Assembly: GCA_038087875.1 (NCBI GenBank)
Contig: JAXLNO010001544.1
Coordinates: forward strand, 1 to 64,000
DNA from: Malacoraja senta
Lineage: Eukaryota
DNA length: 64,000 nucleotides
Direction: 5' to 3'
Shown in pieces: positions 52,400 to 63,419 of this stretch. Under the pieces are notes generated by a model. The model was not told the DNA's origin. It searched no databases and saw only the letters and a list, made by a program, of their open reading frames with translations. The translations under genes were made by a program, and so were the position numbers. Every line of letters begins with the position of its first letter. Position 1 is the stretch's first letter.

Positions 52400-53356
52400 C
52401 TATGTGCCAAAAGTGATTCAAAGTTCAAAGGCAAGTTTGTTTTAAACTGTACAGGCTGTTGGCTTGTGATTTAAAGTTCTTGAGCAGCCTCAATTATCAT
52501 GCTTTTTTCCCCTCTTTCAATCTTCTTTAATTTATCTGCTGTTTCTCTCTCTGGTCATCTGCATTGTTTAACTCTCTCATTGCTGAATTCAATTACTGCT
52601 CCTTCTTCCTCTTCTGCCTCAGCCCTTTTCCCTTCTTTCTCATCTGCCTTTTCGGTCTCCGAGTCACTATCAGTATCATTTTCGTCTGGGGGGGTGCCCT
52701 TTCCTGTTGGGGTTCTGGAGCTTCCCCCTCCCTGCAGGATCTTGTATGGGGGAGGTGGTCTACACTATTCCCGACTTTATTTCTTCATTCCCCTCTTCTA
52801 TAAACAGGGTCGCCATGTCAGACAAGGGGTCTCTAGAGGACCGGATTTATTCCAAACCATTAATTGCTTGTTTTCTGAACTCTTATCAGCGATTTCTCTC
52901 TCTACCTTGGCCATTTTCACTTGTTCCTATGCCCACTGGCATTCTAGCTGTACAACACGTTCCACCCTTTCATAGTACCATCCTTGTTCCTTAACTCTAT
53001 CCCTCTCTCCTCATACTTCTTCTCTGTCTCCGCTTTCCATTCCTTAATTCACTTTGTCCATTTCTTTCCTGCGTCTCTTTCCCATATCAACATCTCTGCT
53101 CTTTTAATCATCTTTACATTCCCTGTTCTACACACTGGCCAGGACTCATCTTACTTTTAGGATTCAAATAACACATGTGCTGCACAGGCGTTCCCCTGTC
53201 ACTTTAGTCCAAATTGTTACCCATTATTGCAGTGTCTTTTAACACTTACTTAATTGTGAATGACAGGCTTTCTACCTGCGGAGCTAATGAACGACTACTT
53301 TCCTAGTAGCAAAATATGGGCATTTCCCCATCATTTTCATCCAGATTATTCCCCAT
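52400..53356 (-). pseudogene. ERV gag remnant
   Basis: MGNNLDE start at 53356 and a PPPPY late-domain motif at about 52745-52759. Multiple stops; the CA/NC regions appear to be missing. Confidence 0.6.
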
Positions 53357-53751
53357 AGCTGATAGACTCTCTCAGCCCAGCTACTTTGTGAACGACAAAC
53401 TTTTTTAGTTTGCGAAGCCAATTGCCGACTACTCTCCTAGTAGCAAAATACCTTACCAACTACTTTCCTAGTAGGAAATTCTCTTACCAACTACTTTTCT
53501 TGGAGCAAATTCTCTTACCAACTACTTTCCCAATAGCAAAAACTTCAATACAGTTGGTCTTACCTTTGTTGTCTGCATCTAAGGATTTCAGCAGGGCATC
53601 AGATCAACCTACTAAGAAAAACCAAAGTTTTCCCAGGACTTTCTTTGGGAGGTCGGTCTCTAGGGGTCCGACTAGTGCACTTTTGTTTCCCCATCCGATC
53701 CCGGTCAAACTATGGCCTCTTACTCAGTCGTCTGTTGATGGTCCCAGCAAA

Positions 53752-53769
53752 ATCCTGCCGACTACGCCA
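53752..53769 (-). other. Primer-binding site for tRNA-Ser
   Basis: Minus strand TGGCGTAGTCGGCAGGAT is the 18-nt complement of the vertebrate tRNA-Ser 3' end (...ATCCTGCCGACTACGCCA). It lies 1 nt from the 5' LTR. Confidence 0.9.
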
Positions 53770-53770
53770 A

Positions 53771-54479
53771 TGTTAAGGTTCATTTCTTAAAACAGACAAC
53801 ACACAATGTTAGATAAACCAACACAAGCTTTCCTGATCATTTAGCTGGCGAGAGTGCCATGGGATACAAAGTCAAGTATGCAACAGATATTTAATCCTCC
53901 TGGGCCAGCACTCTAATGAACAGATATATAGCAACTTTTTATAGTATTTTGGAAACGTAGTCACATGTTTATACAGCAATGATGTTTAATACATATCAAT
54001 CACAGCTCTACCCATACAAAGAATTCTTGTCACTGATACAATACTCTTGTCATCCCGTGCTTCTATCAATCATAAACTGTTGATCACAAACATCGAAACA
54101 GGAACTTAGTCAAGAAGCACAACATTTACAATTCCATCTTAACAATGTAATCTTCGATTGTCAGCTACCAACCAGAAGGCTTCTGTTTACAGAAACTACC
54201 AACTCCAAAGGAAACACATCCTCTCTCAAGGCTTCTGTTTTCAGAAGCCAGCACCTTCTCAGGAAGTACATCCTCTCCCACCATTGAAATGTTTTTTTGC
54301 TTGGGCAAAACAGGAAGCAGCTTGAATGCAGTTTGAATGCTGGCCTCCAATTTCCTGATCATCCGGCTCTTCTACAGCACAGAATTACAAAGATTCAGTT
54401 TACTCAAAACCCAAATAAGTTAATCTTTGCTTAATAGAACACCTTACATTATTATTTATTGTTAACTAGAATATTCTCA
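53771..54479 (-). repeat. ERV 5' LTR (about 709 bp, TG...CA)
   Basis: On the minus strand it begins TGAGAATATTCTAG and ends CCTTAACA, next to the PBS. Homologous to 35514-37146. Confidence 0.88.
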
Positions 54480-55074
54480 AGGGCTCTGGGACTGGCTTAG
54501 AAGAAACAGGTTACACATTGATCACCTGTGTTCATGCCCTTTCTCAGGCTGACAGTTCATTGTTCATTGATCTGTCATTGCTCATCTGCATTGTGTTGAT
54601 ACGGGTTCCTAATCCACGTTAAATATTGAGAAGCATGGAGGAACTGGAATGAACAGCAGGTATTCAAGCTGAGAGGCTGTGACTAGTGAGAGGTGGTGCA
54701 GGGTTTGGTGCTGGGACCCTAACTATTCACAATCGAGGATGAGGAGACCAAGTATAACATATCCAGGTTAGTTGGTAGGAGATGCAACATGTGAGGAGGC
54801 TGCAGGGGGCACAGACAAGTATAAAGAGCAGGACAAGCCAGAAGGTCTATAATTTGGAAAAATATAGTCATTCACTCCTGCAGGAAAAATGGACATGCAA
54901 AACATTTTTTTGAATGTTGTGAGACTGTAAGGTCAGAAGAATCTGGGTGTTCTCATACACAAAATAACAAAATCAACGTAGATAGAATGAGCAGTTTGGA
55001 AGGCAAACAATATATTAAAAAACAAAAGGCACAAGCTGTTGGAGTAACCGGCCAACATCTCCCAGCTACACATG

Positions 55075-56280
55075 TGCCTGGAAGGTCATGCTTGACTAAT
55101 CTTCTTGAATTTTTCGAAGAGGTTACTAGGGAAATTGATGAGGGTAAAGCAGTGGATGTTGTCTATATGGACTTCAGTAAGGCCTTTGACAAGGTTCCTC
55201 ATGGAAGGCTGGTTAAGAAGATTCAATTGTTGGGTATTAATGGTGGAGTAGCAAGATGGATTCAACAGTGGCTGAATGGGAGATGCCAGAGAGTAATGGT
55301 GGATGGTTGTTTGTCAGGTTGGAGGCCGGTGACTAGTGGGGTTCCTCAGGGGTCTGTGTTGGGTCCACTGTTGTTTGGCATGTACATCAATGATCTGGAT
55401 GATGGTGTGGAAAATTGGATTAGTAAGTATGCAGATGATACTAAGATAGGTGGTGTTGTGGATAATGAAGTAGATTTTCAAAGACTACAGAGAGATTTAG
55501 GCCATTTGGAAGAGTGGGCTGAAAGATGGCAGATGGAGTTTAATGCTGACAAATGTGAGGTGCTACATCTCGGCAGGACAAATCAAAATAGGATGTACAT
55601 GGTAAATGGTAGCGAATTGAGGAATGCAGTTGAACAGAGGGATCTAGGAATAACTGTGCATAGTTCCCTGAAGGTGTAATCTCATGTAGATAGGGTGGTA
55701 AAGAAAGCTTTTGGTGTGCTGGCCTTTATAAATCAGAGCATTGAATATTGAAGTTGGGATGCAATATTAAAATTGTACAAGGCATTGGTGAGGCCAATTC
55801 TGGAGTATGGAGTACAATTTTGGTCGCCTAATTATAGGAAGGATGTCAACAAAATAGAGAGAGTACAGAGGAGATTTACTAGAGTGTTGCCTGGGTTTCA
55901 GCAACTAAGTTACAGAGAAAGGTTGAACAAGTTAGGTCTTTATTCTTTGGAGCGCAGAAGGTTAAGAGGGGACGATAGAGGTCTTTAAAATTATGAGCGG
56001 AGCGGGTTAGACAGAGTGGACGTGGATAAGCTTTTCCCATTGAGAGTAGGGAAGATTCAAACAAGGGGACATGACTTGAGAATTAAGGGACAGAAGTTTA
56101 GGGGGAACATTAGGGGGAACTTCTTTACTCAGAGAGTGGTAGCTGTGTGGAATGAGCTTCCAGTGGAAGTGGTGGAGGCAGGTTCGATGTTATCCTTTAA
56201 AAATAGATTGGATGGGTATATGGACGGGAAAGGAATGGAGGGTTATGGTCTGAGTGCAGGTAGATGGGACTAGGGGGAAG
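55075..56280 (+). mobile_element. CR1-clade LINE 3' part (second subfamily)
   Basis: ORFs 54987-55679, 55773-55988 and 56016-56273 ([32 protein letters not shown]). Confidence 0.88.
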
Positions 56281-57639
56281 TAATTTAAAAAAACAAAACC
56301 AAAAAACGTGTTCGGCACGGACTTGAAGGGCCGAGATGGCCTGTTTCCGTGCTGTTATGGTTATATGTTATGGTTATATGGTTACACAAGTCCCACCTGC
56401 CTGCGTTTGGACCATATCCCTCCTGAAACAAATCAGAATACGGAGAGAAATAGGATAACTTCATATGAGTTGTTAAAAGGAATAGATTTGCCCATAAAAT
56501 CCAAAAGATGGGAGAAGAAATATTATGGAATGCTTAAGAAATAGCCAAGCTTGCGTTTTAGAGTTTGAGTTTAATTTATTGTCACGTGTACCGAGGTACA
56601 GTAAAAAGCTTTTGCGGGCTAACTAATCAGCGGACAGACAATACATAATTACAATTGAGCCATCCACAGTGTATAGATACACGATAAAGGGATTAACGTG
56701 AATAACGTTTAGGGCTAGTTAAAGCCAGTGAAGTCCGATCAAAGATAGTCCAAGGATCTCCAATGTAGATATTAGTTCCAGAGGAACTCAGCAGGTCAGC
56801 CAACATCTGTGAAGGTAAATGGACAGACAGTGTTTCGGGTCAAGACCTCTTCAGACTGATGGATAAGGAGAGCTGGTAGAAAGAGGTGAGGGAGTAAGGT
56901 TGGGGTAAGAGCTTGCAAGTGATAGGTAGACTCAGATATGGAAGGGTTGATTGTCAGATGAATGAGGTGCAGGAGGAATAGGGGTAGATATTAACGAAGA
57001 GGTGATAAGCGGAGAAGACAAAAGATTATAAATAATGAATTCTGGTAAGAAAAGTTGTGAGATAAGATGTAGAACCCAAGGGCGAATGGTGAGGCAGATT
57101 GGAACTGGAAGGGGGAGGTGATGGCAGTGCTGGCTCGAAGGGCCGAATGGCCTACTCCTGCACCTAATTTCTATGTTTCTATGTTTCTATGTAATGAATA
57201 GCGAGTGCGAATACAGGTATGTGTGAGTTTTTTTTTATCTGCACCTTCTTTGTAGCTTGTTTAGTGCCTTCTGAAAGTCCAAATGCACATCAGCTAGTTA
57301 TCCTTTATCCATGTTGCTAACTACAATCTCAATTAGCTGATTTATTGAATATGATTTCCTTTACAAAAACCTTTTGACTCCACCCTGTCCTGATATATTC
57401 CAAATGCCCCACTTACTTAATAATAAATTAATAATAAATTACAGCTCTTCCCTCATCCACGCTTCCCCTCATAATCTTGTGTGCTGATCTACACTCTCAA
57501 CTCATCCGTCTCACTTGCTGTGCTTCTTGCTTTAAAGTAAATATAGTTAAACTTACCGGTCCTCTCATGCTCCCCCTACCATCTCTGTCAATGCTTTCAC
57601 TGGATTTGCCTGTTCTATTTTCTACATATGATTGTGATC

Positions 57640-58159
57640 ATGGCTGATCATCCACGATCAATAACCCTTGCTTGCCTTCTCCCCTTATCCCTTGATTCCG
57701 CTAGCCGCTAGCTGTTTTAAATTCATCCTGTGAATTGGCCTCCACTGCCTTCTGTGGCAGAGAATTCCACAAATTCACAACTCTCTGGGTGAAAAGGTTT
57801 TTTCTCATCTCAGTTTTAAATGGCCTCCCCTTTATTCTTAAACTGTGGCCCCTGGTTCTGGACTCCCCCAACGTTGGGAACATTTTTCCTGCATCTAGCA
57901 TGTCCTGTCCTTTTATAATTTTATACGTTTCTATAAGAATCCCTCTCATCCTTCTAAATTCCAGTGAATACAAGCCCAGTGAATTCAAATCTTTCCTCAC
58001 ACGACAGTCCCGCCAACCCAGGGATTAACCTCGTGAACCTACGCTGCACTGCCTCAATAGCAAGGATGTCCTTCCTCAAATTAGGACACCAAAACTGCAC
58101 ACAATATTCCAGATGTGGTCTCAATAGGGCTCTGCACAACTGCATAAGGACCTCTACTC
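57640..58159 (-). mobile_element. CR1 3' end abutting the V pseudo-exon
   Basis: ORFs 57701-58000(-) and 57954-58175(-). Confidence 0.85.
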
Positions 58160-58404
58160 CTGAAGTGGGAAACACTGGTTCCGAGAACTACCTGGGCAGG
58201 ACATGGAGTGGGTTTTAACACACGAGGCAAAAGTCAGCGTACGAACGAGACCAGGCTTCACTGAGCAGTTCCAGCCGTTCAAAGACGCCTCCAACAGCAG
58301 CTTCATCCTGACGGTCACAAACGTGATGCTCAATGACTCTGCCGTCTATTACTGCACAGTGTGGGGAGATATCAGAGGGAACCGGACCCAGATGATTGTC
58401 ATTA
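58160..58404 (+). pseudogene. V2-like pseudo-exon (5'-truncated, frameshifted)
   Basis: Near-identical to V2 from ctgaagtgggaaacactg to gatatcagagggaa. A 10-bp deletion lies between CACTG direct repeats. No acceptor; the 5' end is fused to CR1. The phase-1 donor A|GTAAGT is retained at 58405. Confidence 0.88.
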
Positions 58405-58974
58405 GTAAGTTCAGTTTACACAATACTAAATGAACTCCGTTAGTGTAGATATAGAGCATGCCAGGGGTGGGATAGCGGTTTTGCACTATCATTTTCATTT
58501 CAGTTTACAATATTTACAATATTAAAAACATTAAAAGTATTAAATCTTTTAGTTTTCATAGAGTCATACAGCATGAAAACAGGCCCTTCGGCGCAACTTC
58601 CCCATACCGATTCATTTTCATGCATTTATTTATGCTTTCTGATGAATTAGACAGACAAATACACATCTGATGGCTATTTGTGGAACATCACTTTTCGGCC
58701 CCGGCTCCTAACTCCAATCTTACAGTCACACTTCACCTTATTGTGTCAGCCTGAATCTGACCTCACCATTTTGTGCTCACGGAACAGGGCCCCATCTTTC
58801 AACCTAGCACGTTAAAACCTTCCAGGGACAACAATTAATTAAATAATTTCCTATTGGAGTCGCTCCTCCCAGTCTCTCTTTTCTGTTTCACCACTACACC
58901 TTCTAGTAACTGTCAACATTCCTTCATTGGAAGTGGCATCTATCCATCTATATCACCTACCCACCTATCTACCT

Positions 58975-59700
58975 ACCTCTCTCTAAAACTCTTGTTTGTT
59001 TGTTTGTTCCCAAAATACAGCAAAAACGGTACATGACAGCGCAAAAATGTTTGGACCACCTTACTCAACATTGCCGTAACATGTTTCATTCAGAATAATG
59101 TTATATATTTTAAATTATTTACTTTTTAAACTATAATAAATCTGGCATTTGCTCTCCCACTTGCCAGCTGCGCCTGTGTAGTTGGGGGAGGGTTACCATG
59201 ACTCGCGTCACAACAGGGATCTCTGGTGTCACAAAAGGAACCCATCAGACTCACCTGTGCAGTTGAGGGCTATGGGTGAGTGGTGGAATATTGCGTTGGG
59301 GGACGGGGACCCAACAGGTCCGCGCTTGATCTAGTATATATGACTAAAACTCTTGTCTTGTATGTATGTATATTTGTTTGTTTGTTTGTATGTATGTATG
59401 TTCCCGAAATTCAGCCAAAACGATACACGATAGCGCAACAATTTTAGACCCAACTTACTCACTATTCGTCTGGGGTGTAGAGTAGCCAGTTTTGGTCGAT
59501 TTGACAAAGTATTTCCTTTTAAAAACGTTAATTTTCTTTTTACACCCCAGGCCCGCTGCGCTCCCAGCCCCGTTAGCCATATGCTTCCTATTTTTTTCTT
59601 TATCCAACCCTCTGCATCCTGGGTTCCCTATTCTTGTTGAACATTCCTTCATTGGAAGCAGCATCTATCCATCTATATTCTTGACATTCACCCTTACACG
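58975..59700 (+). mobile_element. Two adjacent Helitron-like non-autonomous elements
   Basis: Both start with ctaaaactcttgt plus a microsatellite (about 58985 and 59343). The first ends with the hairpin GGACC-caaca-GGTCC and CTAG|T at 59331-59335. Confidence 0.4.
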
Positions 59701-60229
59701 AATATGTTAACCTTGAGTTCTTGTTCTTTCTCCTTCGAATGCTTCCTATTGTGCAGATTTTGACTTGCAGGGAAATACATTTTCACAGTCCACATTAGCC
59801 AGGTCCTGACTTAATGTTGTGAAATTGGCCCTCCCCCAATGTAAGCCCCCTATTCCAATCTATCTCTGTCATTTTACGTAACCATTTTGAAATATACAGA
59901 TTTATGGTCACTGGGGCGGCACAGTGGTGCAGCGGTAGAGTTCCTGCCTTATAGTGCCAGAGACCTATGTTCAATCCTGACTTGGGGTGCTGTCTGTACG
60001 GAGTTTATATGTTCTCCCTGTGATCACCAGAAGGCCAGGCAGCATCTGTGGAGAAAGAAAAACAGAATTAAAGCATTTCTGTGAGAAGGAAGGAATGGAT
60101 AATACAAAGGAAATATCTCTGTTTGAATGTGATGATTTGTAAGCATATTATGCCTCCTTGTCTGTGAGATGTGTTGTTAATAGTGTGCTCAAGGACACAT
60201 CTAGCAGGACAAACTGAGCTAAAATGATG

Positions 60230-61100
60230 AAGAAACAATAAGTTACGCTAAGAGATGCCACTGAAATGTCTTCCTTCTTCCTGAACAGTGACTTCTCCTC
60301 AACTGGAGTGGACAGAGTCCTTAATCACATCTTATTGATATTCCCGCATCTATGCTCTCACTCTTCCTCTTTCCAGGAGTCGATAAGAACATAGTTCCCC
60401 TGCTCCTTACCTTCCACCCAGGAACCTGCCACATTCATCCGATCATCCTTTGCATTTTTCACCAGATCCAATAAAATCCCGTCACCACCTTGTCCGTCCC
60501 CACCAACCACTCGCACTCATACGGCATGTCTCCATGCAAAAACACAGGAGAAGCAACACTTGACTTTTCACCTCTTCCCACCGTCCAGTGACACAAATAG
60601 CCCTTCCAGGTTAAGCAGTGAATGACTTGCACTTTTTCCAAACGGATGTACTGCATTTGGTGTTCTCCGCGTGGTCTCTTCCACATGAAGGAAATTAAAC
60701 ATAGTTGACACCAAGTGCTGGAGTAACTCAGCGGGTCAGGCAGCATTTCTGGTGAAAAAAGATGGGTGACGTTTCAGGTCAGAACCTTTTTTCAGACAAT
60801 GTAACAGTGCAGGGTGTAAACATGGGTTCTAACCCGGTACATCACCCATCCTTTTTATCCAGAGATACTGCCTGACCCGCTGAGTTACTCCAGCACTTTG
60901 TGTTTGCCTTCGGCATAAACCAGCATCTGCACAGATGGAGTGAATGCTTTGTGGAGTATTTCCACTCCATCTACAGGAGTGACCTTGAGCTTCCTGTTGT
61001 CACCACTTTAATCCTACTCCACTGCTACCCTGACCTCTCTATGTGTCACTTCCACACTGTTACAATGGGACCCAATTCAAGCTTGCTGACATTTAATGAT
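60230..61100 (+). mobile_element. Degenerate Penelope-like element fragments
   Basis: 60620-60700 (gatgtactgcatttggtgttctccgcgtggtctcttccacatgaaggaaatt) resembles the GIY-YIG YCIRC..CG..YIGET motif. It is interrupted by SINE pieces. Related fragments lie at about 13510-13790 and 27250-27545. Confidence 0.5.
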
Positions 61101-61500
61101 TTGTAAATGAATGCTTATTTGGTTCATTAGGATGTATTCCAATAACTCGCCAGATAAACTCACTGGCTTGTGACCACTCGGTGCTCCACTTCCTTCCTTT
61201 ATCATAGTACATTTATATCAGAATGGTCAATAAGGTTGAAGGAACAGGGCGCCTCTGGGGACTGCGCTTTATTCAGTGGCCAGTTGGGTCAGCTGGTGGA
61301 CGGGGGTTGAATAGCAACGTTCCACCAGGAATTGGATAAATTTCAGTGAGAACCTATTGCAGGACTCTGGGAAATAAGTGGGTTAGGATCAGTGGACCAC
61401 TCTTTCAAAAAGCTGGCACAGAACGATGGGCCAAGTGGCTTCCTTCTGCACTGACATTACGTTTCCCTGATGTTTACCCAATGATGTGATTTATTTGCAG

Positions 61501-61629
61501 ATATGACGGAGAATCACGTTGTGGTGATGTACCTTGCTTGGATCATTCTGCCTTTGGTGCTGGGAGTTCTTGCTGTTACTGGAGCCATTTGTCTTATCAG
61601 ACGCAGAACTTCTGGAAGCCACCAGTCCT
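61501..61629 (+). CDS. Transmembrane exon
   Basis: Acceptor ttatttgcAG, phase 1-1, donor T|GTATGT. (N)MTENHVVVMYLAWIILPLVLGVLAVTGAICLIRRRTSGSHQS has a hydrophobic helix, juxtamembrane Cys and RRR stop-transfer, with no charged TM residue. Confidence 0.85.
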
Positions 61630-61794
61630 GTATGTGTAACTAAATCATTCAGTCTGATCTAATTGCTGTGTGGTTAGTGAAATCGGAAGGGCTGGTTCCG
61701 ATTGTCAAAAAGCCGTCATTATGCTGTTGGGCAGCAAAGTGGGATTCACAGCTCCGAGGCTGCTCTTTGTGAGACCTTGTTCTCTAATTCACAG

Positions 61795-61868
61795 CCCAGT
61801 CCGGAGCGGCTGATGACCAGACCCCAGGAACAGATTATGAAAACATTTCCATGGCAAGAAATGTCCCG
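61795..61868 (+). CDS. Cytoplasmic exon with tyrosine motif TDYENI
   Basis: Acceptor ctctaattcacAG, phase 1-0, donor CCG|GTGAGT. Encodes (S)QSGAADDQTPGTDYENISMARNVP, in frame with the TM exon. Confidence 0.8.
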
Positions 61869-61981
61869 GTGAGTTCTGATGGTTTTCTGGGATAAGCAGA
61901 CCTGTGATAGGATCTCTCTCCCTGATGGTGTGCTATTAGCTTCCCATCAGGTATTTACTCCACTAGCTTTGGGGATCACTG

Positions 61982-63419
61982 TAGGCTGTAGGCCGAGCAT
62001 CAAAAATGTGTCTAGAAATCAACTTTCGTGACCCATGTCTCAGAACTACATTAAATTTTGCACAGATTTAGATAAAATATAATTGAGAAGGAAGTCATAA
62101 TTCGTCAGTGCCAAACGTTGCACATTAATGAATTAAACTAATTAGAAAATGAGATAAAAAAAGTAAGCACCATCTAGTGTCCAATGCCCATATTACACCA
62201 TGGGGAGCCTAATTCCGTGATGCAGTCTATTTAAACTATATATTATTATACTCTTTACATATATATATAATTTGTGAATATGACTGTAATCATATATAAT
62301 TATGTACAATTATATTATTTAAAAATAATATAATTGTGTGTGTTTTTTGAATGAGTGTCGCAGAGGTCCGGCTCGTGAACCAGCCTAATTAATGGGTGAG
62401 GGCAGTTCTGCTGGGTTCCCCATTTACTGAACCCCACTGACTGCCGGTGTGCAGAGTGGAGGTCACGGCCATAGTGGGACTGGGGCAGTGCCAGGCTGGG
62501 GCAAGGCTGAGGCATCTTCCACTGAGAGGAAAATGCCTAACCCTAACTCTAACTCGCCCCCCCCTTCCAGAGCTGCCCACGGCTGGAGCTGGAGCTGCTT
62601 TGGGACCGGCTGCGGGCTCCGTACGTGTGGCCGCTCAGCGAGTCCACCTCGGCCAGCATGCCCTTCTGGATCATCATGGTGATGATGGTGAGGAGCAGCA
62701 CTGCCTTGCACGCCGCCTGGGCCGCCTTCAGCACTCCCATAGCGCCGGCTCCGTCAGTCCGCCCGCTCGCTCGCTGCAATACCGGCTGGCTGACCCTACG
62801 CAGCACTCACCGGCCTGCCGACTGCCCGACCGACCCCTCGCAGCATCCACTAGCGGGCCGACAGCCCGAGCGATCTTCCACAGCATCCATCGGCCTACCG
62901 ACAAGCCCGACCGACCGGTTGACTGACCCTGACCCTGACCTTGACCCTGAACATGACCATGACCCTAACCCTGACCCTAACCCTAAACCTAGCTGTACAT
63001 TTGTTATTTATAATTTTTATTTAACAGTTTACATCCAAACTTTATATAGATAAATCAATTGAAAAATAGAATTATCAACAAGGTTAGCACTACCTTTATC
63101 CTTGGAAACCTTGTTATTGTTATTGATGTAATGAGGAGGCAGCCATGATCCCAGAGTCCTCGCTGCCTAGCGACCATAAAACAAAGCGCGGGATTGGTCA
63201 ATTTGCGTCCGACCTCAATGTCGAACGTGCATTGATTGGACAATTACTACTTGGAAAATTGGACATTTTTGTCATATTTAAACAAAATGTGCAGGTTTTG
63301 TTCTTGACGAGATTCAGGTATGATTTATATAATACTTTTATACAATATGTTAAAAATTAAGGTAGTTCTGTGAGTTGGGTCACGTACCTGAACGAAAAAG
63401 CTCCTCGGCCCACAGCCTA
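61982..63419. mobile_element. Non-autonomous DNA transposon with bipartite TIRs
   Basis: Outer TIRs TAGGCTGTAGGCCGAG (61982-61997) and CTCGGCCCACAGCCTA (63404-63419) match at 15/16. Inner inverted repeats cgtgaccca..cagaactac.ttaa lie at 62027-62058 and 63354-63384. Superfamily not determined. Confidence 0.7.
62924..62989. repeat. Telomere-like (CCCTGA/CCCTAA)n tract
   Basis: Read directly. A shorter tract cctaaccctaactctaac lies at 62536-62553. Confidence 0.85.

Larger units (their letters stand above)
35514..54479 (-). mobile_element. Endogenous retrovirus (gamma-type env; defective provirus) with nested insertions
   Basis: Two homologous LTRs, PBS, PPT and an AGGG TSD (35510-35513 and 54480-54483). 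Remnants of gag, RNase H/integrase and env run in minus-strand order. Confidence 0.88.

Noticed and set aside
52499-52994. Plus-strand Ser/Leu-rich ORFs
   Set aside because: They are antisense readings of purine-rich ERV gag.
54165-54362. Repeated 65-aa ORF (also at 36827-37024) as a duplicated gene
   Set aside because: Both copies lie inside the paired LTRs, so the duplication is explained by LTR identity.
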